Assembly: GCA_044344255.1 (NCBI GenBank)
Contig: JBIJDH010000018.1
Location: 71,278 to 135,277 of the forward strand
Source of the DNA: Myxococcota bacterium
GTDB taxonomy: Bacteria > Myxococcota_A > UBA796 > UBA2385
Direction of reading: 5' to 3'
DNA: 64,000 bases
Of the stretch, positions 10,001 to 18,471 are shown piece after piece. The position numbers were made by a program, and so were the translations under genes. The notes beneath the pieces are model-generated. The model saw only the letters and a list, made by a program, of their open reading frames with translations. It was not told the DNA's origin and did not search any database. The number at the start of each line of letters is the position of its first letter. Positions within the stretch are counted from its first letter, which is position 1.

Positions 10001-10530
10001 TCGGGGTTAGCTGCGCCCGGCGTGCCCACGGCGCCGTCGAGGAAGTCGAGGGCCGAGTCGTTCGTGTCGCTGCAGTTCACCGCGCGGGCGAGGCTCGCGC
10101 CCTCCGAGGTGTCGGCGGCGAAGCTCGTGCCGGTGATGCCGAGGTCATCGAGGAGGCTGTTCGTGTTCGGCGTGTCGAAGAGCAGGGTGTCGACCACCGC
10201 GCCGGTGCTGTCCATCAGGCGGAGGCCGTCGGTGTCCGAGCCGCCGTTCTGGAGGTTGGGCGAGAAGGTGATCGCGTGGGTGGCCGACCCCCCGCCGACG
10301 AGCAGGTAGCCCCCCGCGGGCACGGTGCCTGCGGTGAAGGTGTAGGCGCTGCTCCAGCTCGTCCCGGCGGTCTGTATCTTCCAGCCGGTGACGTCCTGGT
10401 CGACCGCCCCGGCGTTGCAGAGCTCCACCCACTCGGCCCCGGCGTCCGTGCCCGTGGGATCGTACATCACCTCGTTGATCAGGATGTCCGAGGCGTAGAC
10501 CGCGAGCAACGAGGGCAGGAGCAGGATCAT
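7072..10530 (-). CDS. Cell-surface protein with six tandem lamin-tail domains (LTD) and a MYXO-CTERM-like sorting tail
   Basis: Six repeats of the LTD entry motif: INEVMYDPTG..EWVELCN, INEVLYDPTG..EWIELCN, VNEFIA..EWVELYN, VNEFFADP..HWVELYN, INEFMPDP..EWIELMN, INEVYPNP..EFIELFN. N-terminal signal peptide. The C-terminus is GCGKSDD...SCSVSSGPLSLGWLALGLAALRRRRRP. GGAG RBS before the ATG at 10530. Confidence 0.85.
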   Translation of the reverse strand: MILLLPSLLAVYASDILINEVMYDPTGTDAGAEWVELCNAGAVDQDVTGWKIQTAGTSWSSAYTFTAGTVPAGGYLLVGGGSATHAITFSPNLQNGGSDTDGLRLMDSTGAVVDTLLFDTPNTNSLLDDLGITGTSFAADTSEGASLARAVNCSDTNDSALDFLDGAVGTPGAANPEAPVDTGTPVDTGTPATTEEIKINEVLYDPTGADGGMEWIELCNPGSTDQDLTGFTLESAGSSWSPSYTFTSGTVPAGGLLLVGAGSSSLAVTFTPNLPNGGSDTDGLRIVAPSGDVLDTLLYDSPNTNGLFDDLGVAGTSFASDLAEGHTLARSADCLDTDDASVDFIDGDAGTPGTSNPTGSSGGDTGTSGTCESGELVVNEFIAASASDPEGSYEWVELYNPGSSPVNIEGWSVVTKTTPDSTTLHASDPFPNHELLPGQWVVLGGDMVTDADYVVDIDLTNGTSGGDGLQLLDCTGAVVDTVIYGNSNTDLWPEDDGTIPEDAAPKPSDDRSLGRTEDGVDTDDSSADWSALSSPTPGATNTVPPRECDGQEFITVNEFFADPAEESETGFHWVELYNSGGADVDLADWQLQWDGTDLSDASTYAFGAVTLSAGDYLVIGEEFVAEADLIAESLALTNASSNADALRLVDCNADPVDTVLYGTKNVDEDNFADDDDAICPDEQLAPKASSNSGQSVGRNSDGVDTNDSAIDFRTFPNPTPGLTNDIPACDGHDAIKINEFMPDPNSEGGDTGAEWIELMNTSGASVSLSGWTVWWGTSNFESATNSYTFPEGATLSAGAFVVIGGTLVPEADYVVVEPDGDTGGVSDALDMGNAGPSSADGLLLTDCNGLAADTVIYGGTNDGDWEDDSGEVTTSLAPDPEVGVSIGRCTDGLDTDQSGDDFSNFDAPSPGEDNPTCRPCVPGTGVVKINEVYPNPEGTDSDQEFIELFNTGSESVALDGWILETASSSWGDTYTFPSNVNIGPGEFVLVGGSFVETEYQWSTASPIGNASSAPDGARLLDCQAEPAVQDTVLWGQTGDPVEDTELLDDAGGSTFGPLPEEGFTFGRYPDGEDSNDNAVDLVSMGPTPGSANAEGGSGGGDGGDGGGPGGKGCGKSDDDEAGTSKSCSVSSGPLSLGWLALGLAALRRRRRP

Positions 10531-10639
10531 GGGCTCTCCATCCGAGGCGCGCGGAGTCTACCCCGGCGGGAGCTCACCCGGGTGACAGGCCGGTGGCGCG
10601 GCGTGCCCCAGGCACCGGCCTGGGCTATCGGCGCGCCCG

Positions 10640-11527
10640 ATGCCCGCCCCGCGCCCGCCGCCCCGCGCCCTCTTCACGCTGCTCGTGGTGCAGCTCCTCT
10701 TCGGGACGCTCGGCCCGGTGGGCAAGGTCGCGATGCCGGTCTTCGGCGCCTCGGGCATCGCGCTCGCGCGGATCGCGGGCGGTGCCCTCGTCTTCGGGGC
10801 GCTGCGGGCGCTCTTCTCGCTCCCGCGGGTGCCGCGCGAGCACCAGCTCCGCCTCGCCCTCTGCGCGGTGGTGGGCATCGCCGGCAACCAGCTCCTCTTC
10901 CTGGCGGGCCTCTCCCGCACGAGCTCCATCCACGCCACCCTCATCGTCACCACCACGCCGGTCTTCACGATGCTGCTGGCGGCGCTCATCGACGGCGAGC
11001 GGCCCACTCCGCGCACCATCGGCGGGGTGACGCTCTCCCTGTCGGGGGTGGCCCTCCTCCTGAGCCCGGGGCTGGGAGCGGGCTCGCTGGTGGGTGACCT
11101 GCTGGTCCTCGCCAACACCGCCCTCTACTCGCTCTACCTCGTCTGCAGCCGGCCCTTGTTGAAGGCCCTGCCGCCGCTCTCGGTGGCGGCGGGGCTCTTT
11201 GCCTGGGGTGTGCCCTGGGTGTTGTTGGCCTCGGCGCTTACGGGCGCGGCGCCCTCCCTCGGGGGCCTCGCCGGCTTCGCCGTGCCGCCGGCCGCCGGCT
11301 GGGCCCTCGCCTGGATCGTGCTCGGCCCCACGGTGGGCACCTACTTGCTCAACCTCGTCGCCCTGCGCAGCGTGCCCGCGACCTTGGTCGGCCTGTTCAT
11401 CGCGCTCCAGCCTTTCGTGGCCGCGGCCATCGCCATCCCCCTGCTCGGCGAGGAGCCGGGCCTGCGAGAGGTCGCCGCCGCCTGCCTCTCGGTGGCCGGC
11501 ATCGCGCTCGCGAGCCTCCGGCGCTGA
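10640..11527 (+). CDS. EamA/DMT-superfamily transporter
   Basis: About 10 hydrophobic helices arranged as two EamA-like halves. Gly/Ala/Leu-rich membrane composition. ATG start. Confidence 0.8.
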   Translation: MPAPRPPPRALFTLLVVQLLFGTLGPVGKVAMPVFGASGIALARIAGGALVFGALRALFSLPRVPREHQLRLALCAVVGIAGNQLLFLAGLSRTSSIHATLIVTTTPVFTMLLAALIDGERPTPRTIGGVTLSLSGVALLLSPGLGAGSLVGDLLVLANTALYSLYLVCSRPLLKALPPLSVAAGLFAWGVPWVLLASALTGAAPSLGGLAGFAVPPAAGWALAWIVLGPTVGTYLLNLVALRSVPATLVGLFIALQPFVAAAIAIPLLGEEPGLREVAAACLSVAGIALASLRR

Positions 11528-12219
11528 TGGCCGACCTCGCGCGCGTGCTCGATCGGGTGCGGAAGCTCCTCGCCCTCGCCACGTCGAGCAACGTCTTCGA
11601 GGCCGCGGAGGCCGCCGCCCAGGCCCAGGCCCTGATCGACCGGCACCGCCTGGAGTCCTTGCTGCAGGAGCAGGTCGAGGCGCCGATCACCGACGGGGCC
11701 GAGTCCCCCCTCGAGCGGGCGCGGCGGCCGCGGGTCTGGCGCTCGGTGCTCGCCGCCGGCCTCGCCGAGGCCAACGGCTGCCTCGCCTGGTCGACCGTGC
11801 GAGGGGGAGAGACCGAGCTCTGCATCCTCGGCCGGGAGGGCGATCGTGCAGTCGTGGTGGCCCTCTTCGAGTGGCTGGCCCCTCGGATCGAGTGGCTCTC
11901 GGCCACCCACGCACCAGGGCGGGACCGCGCCTACCACGACGCCTTCCGTGTCGGTGCGGCGGGCGCCGTCGTGGAGCGGCTCCGGAGCCCACCCGACTCC
12001 CCGGAGGTGAGCCCCGAGGACGCGGCGCTGGTGCGGGTCAATGAGGCGCTGGCCGCCCGTCGGGCCGCCGTGGAGGCCTTCGCCGAGGCGCGGCTTGGCC
12101 CGGCGCGGGGCCGCGGGCTCCGCCTCGACGCCCGCGCCTACGCCCGGGGGCGGGCCCGCGCCGCGGAGCTGAGCCTGCCCTCGCGGGAAGGCGGGCTCCA
12201 GCGGCGCGGCGGTCGCTGA
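11527..12219 (+). CDS. DUF2786 domain-containing protein
   Basis: The N-terminus DRVRKLLALATSSNVFEAAEAAAQAQALIDRH matches the DUF2786 helical motif as I recall it. The start overlaps the EamA stop (TGATG). Confidence 0.55.
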   Translation: MADLARVLDRVRKLLALATSSNVFEAAEAAAQAQALIDRHRLESLLQEQVEAPITDGAESPLERARRPRVWRSVLAAGLAEANGCLAWSTVRGGETELCILGREGDRAVVVALFEWLAPRIEWLSATHAPGRDRAYHDAFRVGAAGAVVERLRSPPDSPEVSPEDAALVRVNEALAARRAAVEAFAEARLGPARGRGLRLDARAYARGRARAAELSLPSREGGLQRRGGR

Positions 12220-12252
12220 CGCCCCCGCGCTCGGGGCGGGAGCGGGCGCCGC

Positions 12253-12393
12253 CTACTTGCCCTTGCCCTTGTTTCCGGGCACGGCGGGAGTGGGCGCCGC
12301 CTGCTTCTTGTCGTGCGCGGCCTGGTTGGCGCTGCGCTGGACCTCGCCCTGTTTCTTGGTCTTCGCCTGGGACTTGGGGTTCTTGTCGCCCAT
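12253..12393 (-). CDS. Small Lys-rich hypothetical protein (46 aa), not in the ORF track
   Basis: ATG at 12393 preceded by AAGGTGG. Translation is MGDKNPKSQAKTKKQGEVQRSANQAAHDKKQAAPTPAVPGNKGKGK, with TAG at 12253-12255. GC3 is mostly high. It sits in an otherwise unassigned gap, divergent from rbgA. Confidence 0.4.
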   Translation of the reverse strand: MGDKNPKSQAKTKKQGEVQRSANQAAHDKKQAAPTPAVPGNKGKGK

Positions 12394-12560
12394 GGGGAGC
12401 CACCTTCTGTGTCGCGTTTGGACTGGGGGGCCGGGAGGCTGCGAAGGTCCGCCGGGCAGGGGAGCGGCTCGAAGCTCGACCCTCCCCGGAGGTGGGTAAG
12501 CACGGTCGCCGGGCAGACCAGCCCGGCCGCGTTAGTCGGCGCCTCCCTCCCAGGCCCGCC

Positions 12561-13394
12561 ATGCCGATCCACTGGTTCCCCGGCCACATGGCCACCGCTC
12601 GTCGGGAGATCCGAAAGGCGATGCCCGAGGTCTCCCTCGTCATCGAGGTGGTAGACGCGCGCATCCCCTTCAGCAGCGAGAACCCGCTGGTGGCGGAGCT
12701 CCGAGGCGATAAGCCCCGCATCCAGATCTTGAACAAGGCCGATCTCGCAGACCCCGCGGTCACCGCCCTGTGGCTGGCCGCGACCGCCGCGAGCCCCCGC
12801 TCGGCGGCGATCACCCACTCGCTCGGCCAGAGCGGGATCCTCGGGCCGGTGATGAGCCTCGCCCGCAGTATGGTCCCCCTCGATCCCACCGGCCCGATGG
12901 TGGCGATGATCGTGGGCATCCCGAACGTGGGCAAGTCCACCCTCATCAACACGCTCGCCGGGCGCATCATCGCCAAGACCGGCAACAAGCCGGCGGTCAC
13001 CCAGATGCAGCAGCGGGTGAGGGTGAGCCCCGCGCTCGTGCTGCTCGATACGCCGGGCTTCCTCTGGCACAAGCTCAGCCCGGAGGCCTGCGGCTACCGC
13101 CTCGCGGTGACGGGCGCCATCTCGGACCGCGTGGTGGACTACCGCGACATCGCGGGCTTTGCAGCGCGCTTCTTGCGGGAGCGTTACCCCGATGCCCTCG
13201 CCACGGCCTACGGGATCACCGAGCCCCCGCTCGAAGACGAGGCCCTGCTCGAGGCGATCGGCCGCCGCCGCGGCTTCCTCGTGAAGGGGGGCGGCGTCGA
13301 CCTCCAGCGCGCCGCCGAGCGGCTCATCCAGGACCTCCGCGCAGGGGTCCTCGGGCGCATCAGCCTCGAGACGCCGGCCGACGCTTCGGGATGA
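12561..13394 (+). CDS. rbgA: Ribosome biogenesis GTPase A (YlqF/RbgA, circularly permuted GTPase)
   Basis: MPIHWFPGHMATARREI, VVDARIP, ILNKADL (G4), GIPNVGKSTLIN (G1), LLDTPG (G3) occur in the permuted order typical of YlqF. ATG at 12561 chosen rather than the ORF-track 12492. Confidence 0.9.
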   Translation: MPIHWFPGHMATARREIRKAMPEVSLVIEVVDARIPFSSENPLVAELRGDKPRIQILNKADLADPAVTALWLAATAASPRSAAITHSLGQSGILGPVMSLARSMVPLDPTGPMVAMIVGIPNVGKSTLINTLAGRIIAKTGNKPAVTQMQQRVRVSPALVLLDTPGFLWHKLSPEACGYRLAVTGAISDRVVDYRDIAGFAARFLRERYPDALATAYGITEPPLEDEALLEAIGRRRGFLVKGGGVDLQRAAERLIQDLRAGVLGRISLETPADASG

Positions 13395-14343
13395 GGGCCC
13401 AGAGCCGCTTCGGGATGCCGGTGGCCAGGGCCCCGACGACGAGGAGCCCCGCGACCGCCCCCACGGCGAGCTCGATGACCATACCGACGACCCCGCTCAG
13501 AGGGGAGGGGATGGAGGCGAGCAGGTGCTCGACCGCCACGGCGAGGGGGTGGATGCCGTGGAGGAGGATCTGCCCGCCGACGAGCAGCATCGCCACGGTG
13601 CCGATGATCGAGATCGCGTGCAGCAGCTTGGGGGCGCCCTTGAGCATCAGGTTGCCGAGGCCCACCATTGAGCCACCGCGCCGTACGAGCAGCTCCCCGG
13701 CGTCGTCGAGCTTGATCAGCACGGCCACGAGCCCGTAGACGCCCACCGTCATCACGATCGAGACGACGTAGAGGGTGGCGGCCTGCGTGACGAAGGGAGC
13801 GGCGGCGACCTGACCGAGGCTGATCGCGATGATCTCGGCGGAGAGGATGAGGTCTGTGCGGATGGCCCCGTCGATTCGGCTCTGCTCGAAGGCCTCGGGG
13901 GTCAGGGGCTCGGCTTCGGCCCCGCCTCCGTCGGCCTCCTCCGCCTTGTGCGGCATCAGCTTGTGGAGCACCTTCTCGACGCCCTCGTAGGCGAGGAAGG
14001 TGCCGCCGGCCATCAGGAGCGGGGTGATGGCCCAGGGCGCCACGGCGTTGAGGGCGAGGGCGCCCGGCACGAGGATCAGGCCCTTGTTCTTGAAGGAGCC
14101 CTTGGCCACCGAGAGCACCACCGGGATCTCCCGCTCGCGCCGGATGCCGATCGCCTGCTCGGCGGTGACGGCCATGTCGTCGGTGACGATGCCGCTCGTC
14201 TTCTTGGTGGCCGCCGCCGTGAGGTTTCCCACGTCCTTCGCCATGGCGCTGCCCTTGCGGGCGCTGACCGCGGCCATGGTGGCGACGTCGTCGGCGATGG
14301 TGGCGATGTCGTCGAGGAGGGCGATGAGGCCGGAGGCGGGCAT
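13360..14343 (-). CDS. DUF808 (YedI-like) inner-membrane protein
   Basis: The N-terminus MPASGLIALLDDIATIADDVATMA plus several TM helices is characteristic of the YedI/DUF808 family. The 3' end overlaps the rbgA 3' end by 35 nt (convergent). Confidence 0.8.
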   Translation of the reverse strand: MPASGLIALLDDIATIADDVATMAAVSARKGSAMAKDVGNLTAAATKKTSGIVTDDMAVTAEQAIGIRREREIPVVLSVAKGSFKNKGLILVPGALALNAVAPWAITPLLMAGGTFLAYEGVEKVLHKLMPHKAEEADGGGAEAEPLTPEAFEQSRIDGAIRTDLILSAEIIAISLGQVAAAPFVTQAATLYVVSIVMTVGVYGLVAVLIKLDDAGELLVRRGGSMVGLGNLMLKGAPKLLHAISIIGTVAMLLVGGQILLHGIHPLAVAVEHLLASIPSPLSGVVGMVIELAVGAVAGLLVVGALATGIPKRLWALIPKRRPASRG

Positions 14344-14468
14344 AGGCGAAGATCCGAGTGGAGTGGCGCTGACCTACCGTCGGAGGCAAGGGGAGACAAG
14401 TGCGACCTTTTTTGTGCTGTGCCCCCGGGGACCCTGGCGTCGCCTCTGTCGAGGGGTAGCCTGTCCAG

Positions 14469-16526
14469 ATGCGCGCTCCGCTCTCCCTCGTCGCCGCCTC
14501 CGCCCTGCTCTCTCTCCTGTTTGTCTCCCTGCTGTACGCGGCTCCGGCCCGCGCCTACAGCGCGGGACAGACGGGCAAGTCCACCACGGGGTGCGCCAAT
14601 TGCCATGGCACGACGGCGAACGCCGCGGTGAGCGCCACCTTTGGGGCCACGACCACCACGCTCGCGCCCGGCGAGCTCGTGGCCTTCACCTTCACGGTGG
14701 GCAGCAGCAGCTCCAGCCACTCGGTGGGCGGCTTCAACGTGTCGGCCACCAGCGGCACCCTCGGCGCCGCGACGGGCACGCGCGTGGCCTCCACAGAGGT
14801 CACCCACTCGAATGACAAACACTTCTCGGGGGGCTCTGCCACCTTCGACTTCACCTGGACCGCCCCTTCGGCGGAGGGGGTCTACCAGCTCCGCGGGGCC
14901 GGCCTCGCCGGGAACCACGACAACGCCAGCACCGGAGACGGTTGGGCGTTGGCCACGAGCCTCAACGTCACGGTCGACGACGGCTGCGACGACCTCGACC
15001 TCGACGGCTACGAGGCCTGCCTCGACGGCTCCGGAGAGGACTGTGATGACGACGACGACACCTTGAACCCGGGAGAGGTCGAGCGCTGCGACGGCCTCGA
15101 CAATGACTGTGACGGCGCCATCGACGGCCCCGACGCCGTCGGCGCCATCGCCTGGTACGCCGACCTCGACCTCGACGGGTACGGAGATCCCGGCAGCACC
15201 CTCGTCGATTGTGACGCGCCTGTGGGCTACCTCGCCGATGGCTCCGACTGCGACGACAGTCGTGCCAGCGTGAGCCCGGAGGGCGCCGAGCAGTGTGACA
15301 GCCTCGGCCTCGATGAGGACTGCGACGGCCTCGAGGGCGACCTCGACCCCGACGCCAGCGGCAAGGCCACCTTCTACGAAGACAGTGACGGCGACGGCTA
15401 CGGTGACGACACGCGCCCCGTCGAAGCGTGCGCGGTGTCGAGCGGCCTCTCCGCGATCGGCGGGGACTGTGACGACGCCGACGTCTCCTACAACCCGGCC
15501 GCGCTCGAGTCCTGCGCCGACCCCGCCGACTACAACTGTGACGGCTCGGTGGGCTACGCCGACGCCGACAGCGACGGCTACGCCGCCTGCGTCGAGTGTG
15601 ATGACCAGGACGCCCTCGTCTCCCCCGAAGGCACCGAGCGCTGTAACGGCGCCGACGACGACTGCGACGGCGTGGTGGACGAGGCCGACGCCGCGGACGC
15701 CGCGGTCTGGTTCATCGACGAAGACGGCGACGGCGCGGGCAGCCCCGCCGCCTGGGTCGTCGCCTGCGCGGCCCCGGAGGGCTACGCCGCCACCCCCGAC
15801 GACTGTGACGACCAGGACGCGGGCGTGCGCCCCGACGCCCCGGAGAGCTGGTACGACGGGGTCGATCAGGACTGTGACGGGCGCGATGACGACCAGGACG
15901 GAGACGGCTTCCCGCTCGCCGTGGACTGTGACGACCTCGACCCCGCCGTGCACCCCGGCGCCCTCGACGCCCCCTACGATGACATCGACGCCGACTGCGA
16001 CGGCGCCTCCGACCACGATGCGGACGGCGACGGCCAGGACGCGGCGGCCTCGGGGGGCACCGACTGTGACGACGCCGATCCCCAGACCTACGCCGGCGCG
16101 CCGGACACGGCGTATGACGGGGTGGCCCACGACTGTGACGCCACCGACGAGTACGATGTGGACGGTGACGGTTACGACATCTCCGCCGACTGCGACGACC
16201 ACGACCCAGGCGTCTACCCGGGCGCCGTCGAGCAGTGGTACGACGGGGTCGATCAGGACTGCGATCTCAACGACGACGACCAGGACGGCGACGGCCTCTC
16301 GGTGGTCGTGGACTGCGACGATGAAGACGCCGCCGCCCTCCTCGACTGCGGGGCCGACGGGGCGTCGCCCGACGGCAAGGGCTGCGCGAGCGCGCCGCTC
16401 GGCGGGCCCCTGGGTGGGTCGGCTGGGGGGTGGGGCGCGGTCGTCGGGGCCCTTGGAGCCTGGGCGCTGAGGCGTCGGCGAGCCGGTCGGGGCGCGGCGG
16501 CGGCAGGCGACGGTCGGCCCCGCTGA
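14469..16526 (+). CDS. Secreted protein with an N-terminal CxxCH-containing beta-rich domain, about a dozen MopE-type Cys/Asp repeats and a MYXO-CTERM-like tail
   Basis: Signal peptide MRAPLSLVAASALLSLLFVSLLYAAPARA. GCANCHG motif. Repeats of CDDxDxxxxPGAxExCDGxDNDCDG type. The tail is GKGCASAPLGG...WGAVVGALGAWALRRRR. Confidence 0.8.
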   Translation: MRAPLSLVAASALLSLLFVSLLYAAPARAYSAGQTGKSTTGCANCHGTTANAAVSATFGATTTTLAPGELVAFTFTVGSSSSSHSVGGFNVSATSGTLGAATGTRVASTEVTHSNDKHFSGGSATFDFTWTAPSAEGVYQLRGAGLAGNHDNASTGDGWALATSLNVTVDDGCDDLDLDGYEACLDGSGEDCDDDDDTLNPGEVERCDGLDNDCDGAIDGPDAVGAIAWYADLDLDGYGDPGSTLVDCDAPVGYLADGSDCDDSRASVSPEGAEQCDSLGLDEDCDGLEGDLDPDASGKATFYEDSDGDGYGDDTRPVEACAVSSGLSAIGGDCDDADVSYNPAALESCADPADYNCDGSVGYADADSDGYAACVECDDQDALVSPEGTERCNGADDDCDGVVDEADAADAAVWFIDEDGDGAGSPAAWVVACAAPEGYAATPDDCDDQDAGVRPDAPESWYDGVDQDCDGRDDDQDGDGFPLAVDCDDLDPAVHPGALDAPYDDIDADCDGASDHDADGDGQDAAASGGTDCDDADPQTYAGAPDTAYDGVAHDCDATDEYDVDGDGYDISADCDDHDPGVYPGAVEQWYDGVDQDCDLNDDDQDGDGLSVVVDCDDEDAAALLDCGADGASPDGKGCASAPLGGPLGGSAGGWGAVVGALGAWALRRRRAGRGAAAAGDGRPR

Positions 16527-16552
16527 GCCCCGGCGCGCGATAGGGCGCGGCG

Positions 16553-17095
16553 ATGGCGCTGCCCTCCACCGTGCATGTCTTCGAGATCGACCTCTCCCAC
16601 GTTGATCGCGGCGTCTACGAGACGCTCACCCTCAAGGTGGCGCGGCACCCCTCCGAGACGGTCGAGTACATGCTCACCCGGGTGCTGGCCTACGCCCTCG
16701 AGTACGAGGAGGGCATCGCCTTCTCCCAGGGCTTGAACGCCGACGAGGAGCCGGCCCTCTGGGTGCATGACCTCACCGGGCGCCTGAAGGCCTGGATCGA
16801 GGTGGGCACGCCCGAGCCCGCTCGCCTCCACCGCGCCAGCAAGGCCACCGGGCGGGTGGTGGTCTACTGCCACAAGGACGTTCGGCCCTGGTTCCGCGCC
16901 CTGGCCGGCCAGCGGGTGCACGCGCCCGAGCAGGTGAGCATCATCGAGCTCGACCGTGCCTTCATCACCGCTGTCTCAGCGAAGATCGAGCGCCGTTGCG
17001 CCCTCGCGCTGTCGGTGAGCGAGGGGCAGCTCTACCTCGACCTCGGGGGTGAGTCGTTCACCGTCGCCCTGACCCGCCACGCCCTCCCGGCTTGA
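16553..17095 (+). CDS. yaeQ: YaeQ family protein
   Basis: ...HVFEIDLSHVDRGVYETLTLKVARHPSETVEYMLTRVLAYAL...DEPALW... parallels E. coli YaeQ (LTLARHPSET...DEPEAW). Confidence 0.85.
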   Translation: MALPSTVHVFEIDLSHVDRGVYETLTLKVARHPSETVEYMLTRVLAYALEYEEGIAFSQGLNADEEPALWVHDLTGRLKAWIEVGTPEPARLHRASKATGRVVVYCHKDVRPWFRALAGQRVHAPEQVSIIELDRAFITAVSAKIERRCALALSVSEGQLYLDLGGESFTVALTRHALPA

Positions 17096-18365
17096 GGGGC
17101 GTAGGGTCGGCGGGGCGGGCGCGCTTGGGATCGGGGGCGCTGCCTGCCTTCTGGTACTTCTGGACGTTGGTGCGGGAGCGTGGGGGGGCGGCTGGCCGGG
17201 GGTCTTGTCCTTCGGCGTCGGGGCGGCGAGGCGGGCGGCCCTGGAGGCGATCGATCAGGGGCAGATCGCGCTCGGTGACGAGGTTGACGACGAGGCCAGG
17301 GCGCCCCGCCCGCGCCGTACGCCCGACCCGGTGGAGGTAGTTCTTCATCTCGGTGCAGAGGTGCACGTTGATCACCCGCCCCACGAGCGGGAGGTCGAGG
17401 CCGCGGGAGCCGAGGTCGGTGGTGATGAGCAGGTGCACCTCGCCCTTGCGGAAGGACTCGAGGTTGGCTCGCCGCTCCACCTTGTCCATCTCACCGCGGT
17501 AGAGCGCGACGGCGTGCCCATTCGACTTCATCCACTCGGCGAGGACATCGCACTGGTCGCGGGTGTTGGCGAAGAGGATGGTCCCCCCCTCGGTGCGCTC
17601 GCGCAGGAGCTGGGCGAGCTCCTTGAAGCGGTCACCGTCCACGACGGTGCGGTTCACCGTCTTGAGCGAGGCCACCACCCGGTTGCTCCCCTTGGTGCGG
17701 AGGATTCGAGGTGCGGGGCCGAAGAGCCGGGCGATGAGCTCCTCGACCTTGGGGGCGACGGTGGCCGAGAAGAGGGCGAGCTGGCGGCTCGGGGGCGTCT
17801 CGGCGATGATCTGGGAGACGTCGGGGAGGAAGCCGAGGTCGAGCATCTGGTCGACCTCGTCCAGCACCAGCATCCGCACGTCGCTGAGGCGGATGAGCTC
17901 GGCCTCGAGCTGCTTCTTGATGCGCCCCGGCGTGCCGACCAGCACCTCGAAGGGCCCGCTCACGTTGCGGCGCGCGATCTCGGCCGTGGTGCCGCCGAGG
18001 GCGCTGCGCACGCGCACGCGGGTGCCGTGGGTCAGCGTCTTCAGCACCTTGGAGACCTGCTCCCCGAGCTCGCGGGTGGGGACGAGGATGAGCCCGCGCG
18101 GCTGGCCGCTGGCCTCCACGGCGAAGCCGCCGCTCTCCAGTGACTTGCACAGATGGAGCATCGGGAGGCTGTAAGCGAGGGTCTTGCCGCTGCCGGTCTC
18201 GGCGATGCCTACCACGGAGCGGCCCGATCGGAGCTCGGGGATCGCGGCGGCCTGGATCTCCGTCGGCCGCTCCATGCCCTGCTCGGTGAGCGTCGCGACG
18301 AGCGAGGGGAGGAGGTCGAACCAGGCGCTGTTCGCGGCGGTTCGGACGGGGAGGGTGTCAGACAT
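17058..18365 (-). CDS. DEAD-box ATP-dependent RNA helicase (DEVD variant) with basic C-terminal tail
   Basis: Q-motif region PTEIQAAAIP, motif I AETGSGKT, motif II LVLDEVDQML, motif III SAT, motif VI HRVGRTARAG. The ATG at 18365 (MSDTLPVR...) is chosen; the ORF-track N-extension to 18599 is low-complexity. Confidence 0.9.
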   Translation of the reverse strand: MSDTLPVRTAANSAWFDLLPSLVATLTEQGMERPTEIQAAAIPELRSGRSVVGIAETGSGKTLAYSLPMLHLCKSLESGGFAVEASGQPRGLILVPTRELGEQVSKVLKTLTHGTRVRVRSALGGTTAEIARRNVSGPFEVLVGTPGRIKKQLEAELIRLSDVRMLVLDEVDQMLDLGFLPDVSQIIAETPPSRQLALFSATVAPKVEELIARLFGPAPRILRTKGSNRVVASLKTVNRTVVDGDRFKELAQLLRERTEGGTILFANTRDQCDVLAEWMKSNGHAVALYRGEMDKVERRANLESFRKGEVHLLITTDLGSRGLDLPLVGRVINVHLCTEMKNYLHRVGRTARAGRPGLVVNLVTERDLPLIDRLQGRPPRRPDAEGQDPRPAAPPRSRTNVQKYQKAGSAPDPKRARPADPTPLKPGGRGGSGRR

Positions 18366-18471
18366 GTACAGTGACTCCGAAACAATGACGGCGAGCCGCG
18401 CCCCGTATCCCGGCGCGAGATAGCGGGCCGGGAGGGCGAGGCCGCGGCGGCCGTCGAGCGGGGGAGCGGCG

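Noticed and set aside
7444-11097. 1217-aa plus-strand ORF opposite the LTD gene. The same class of long ORFs occurs at 14076-16202(-), 48487-50775(-), 53999-56950(-), 42584-45193(-), 40750-43275(-), 20903-23023(+), 5125-6879(+), 36339-38435(+), 37090-39222(-), 30361-32310(-), 59274-61049(+), 61046-62635(+), 62813-63916(+), 12038-13072(-) and 28910-30151(-).
   Set aside because: These are antisense shadow ORFs typical of ~70% GC DNA. Their translations are Arg/Gly/Ala/Pro/Val low-complexity with no motifs. In every case the opposite strand encodes a protein with clear family signatures and high GC3.
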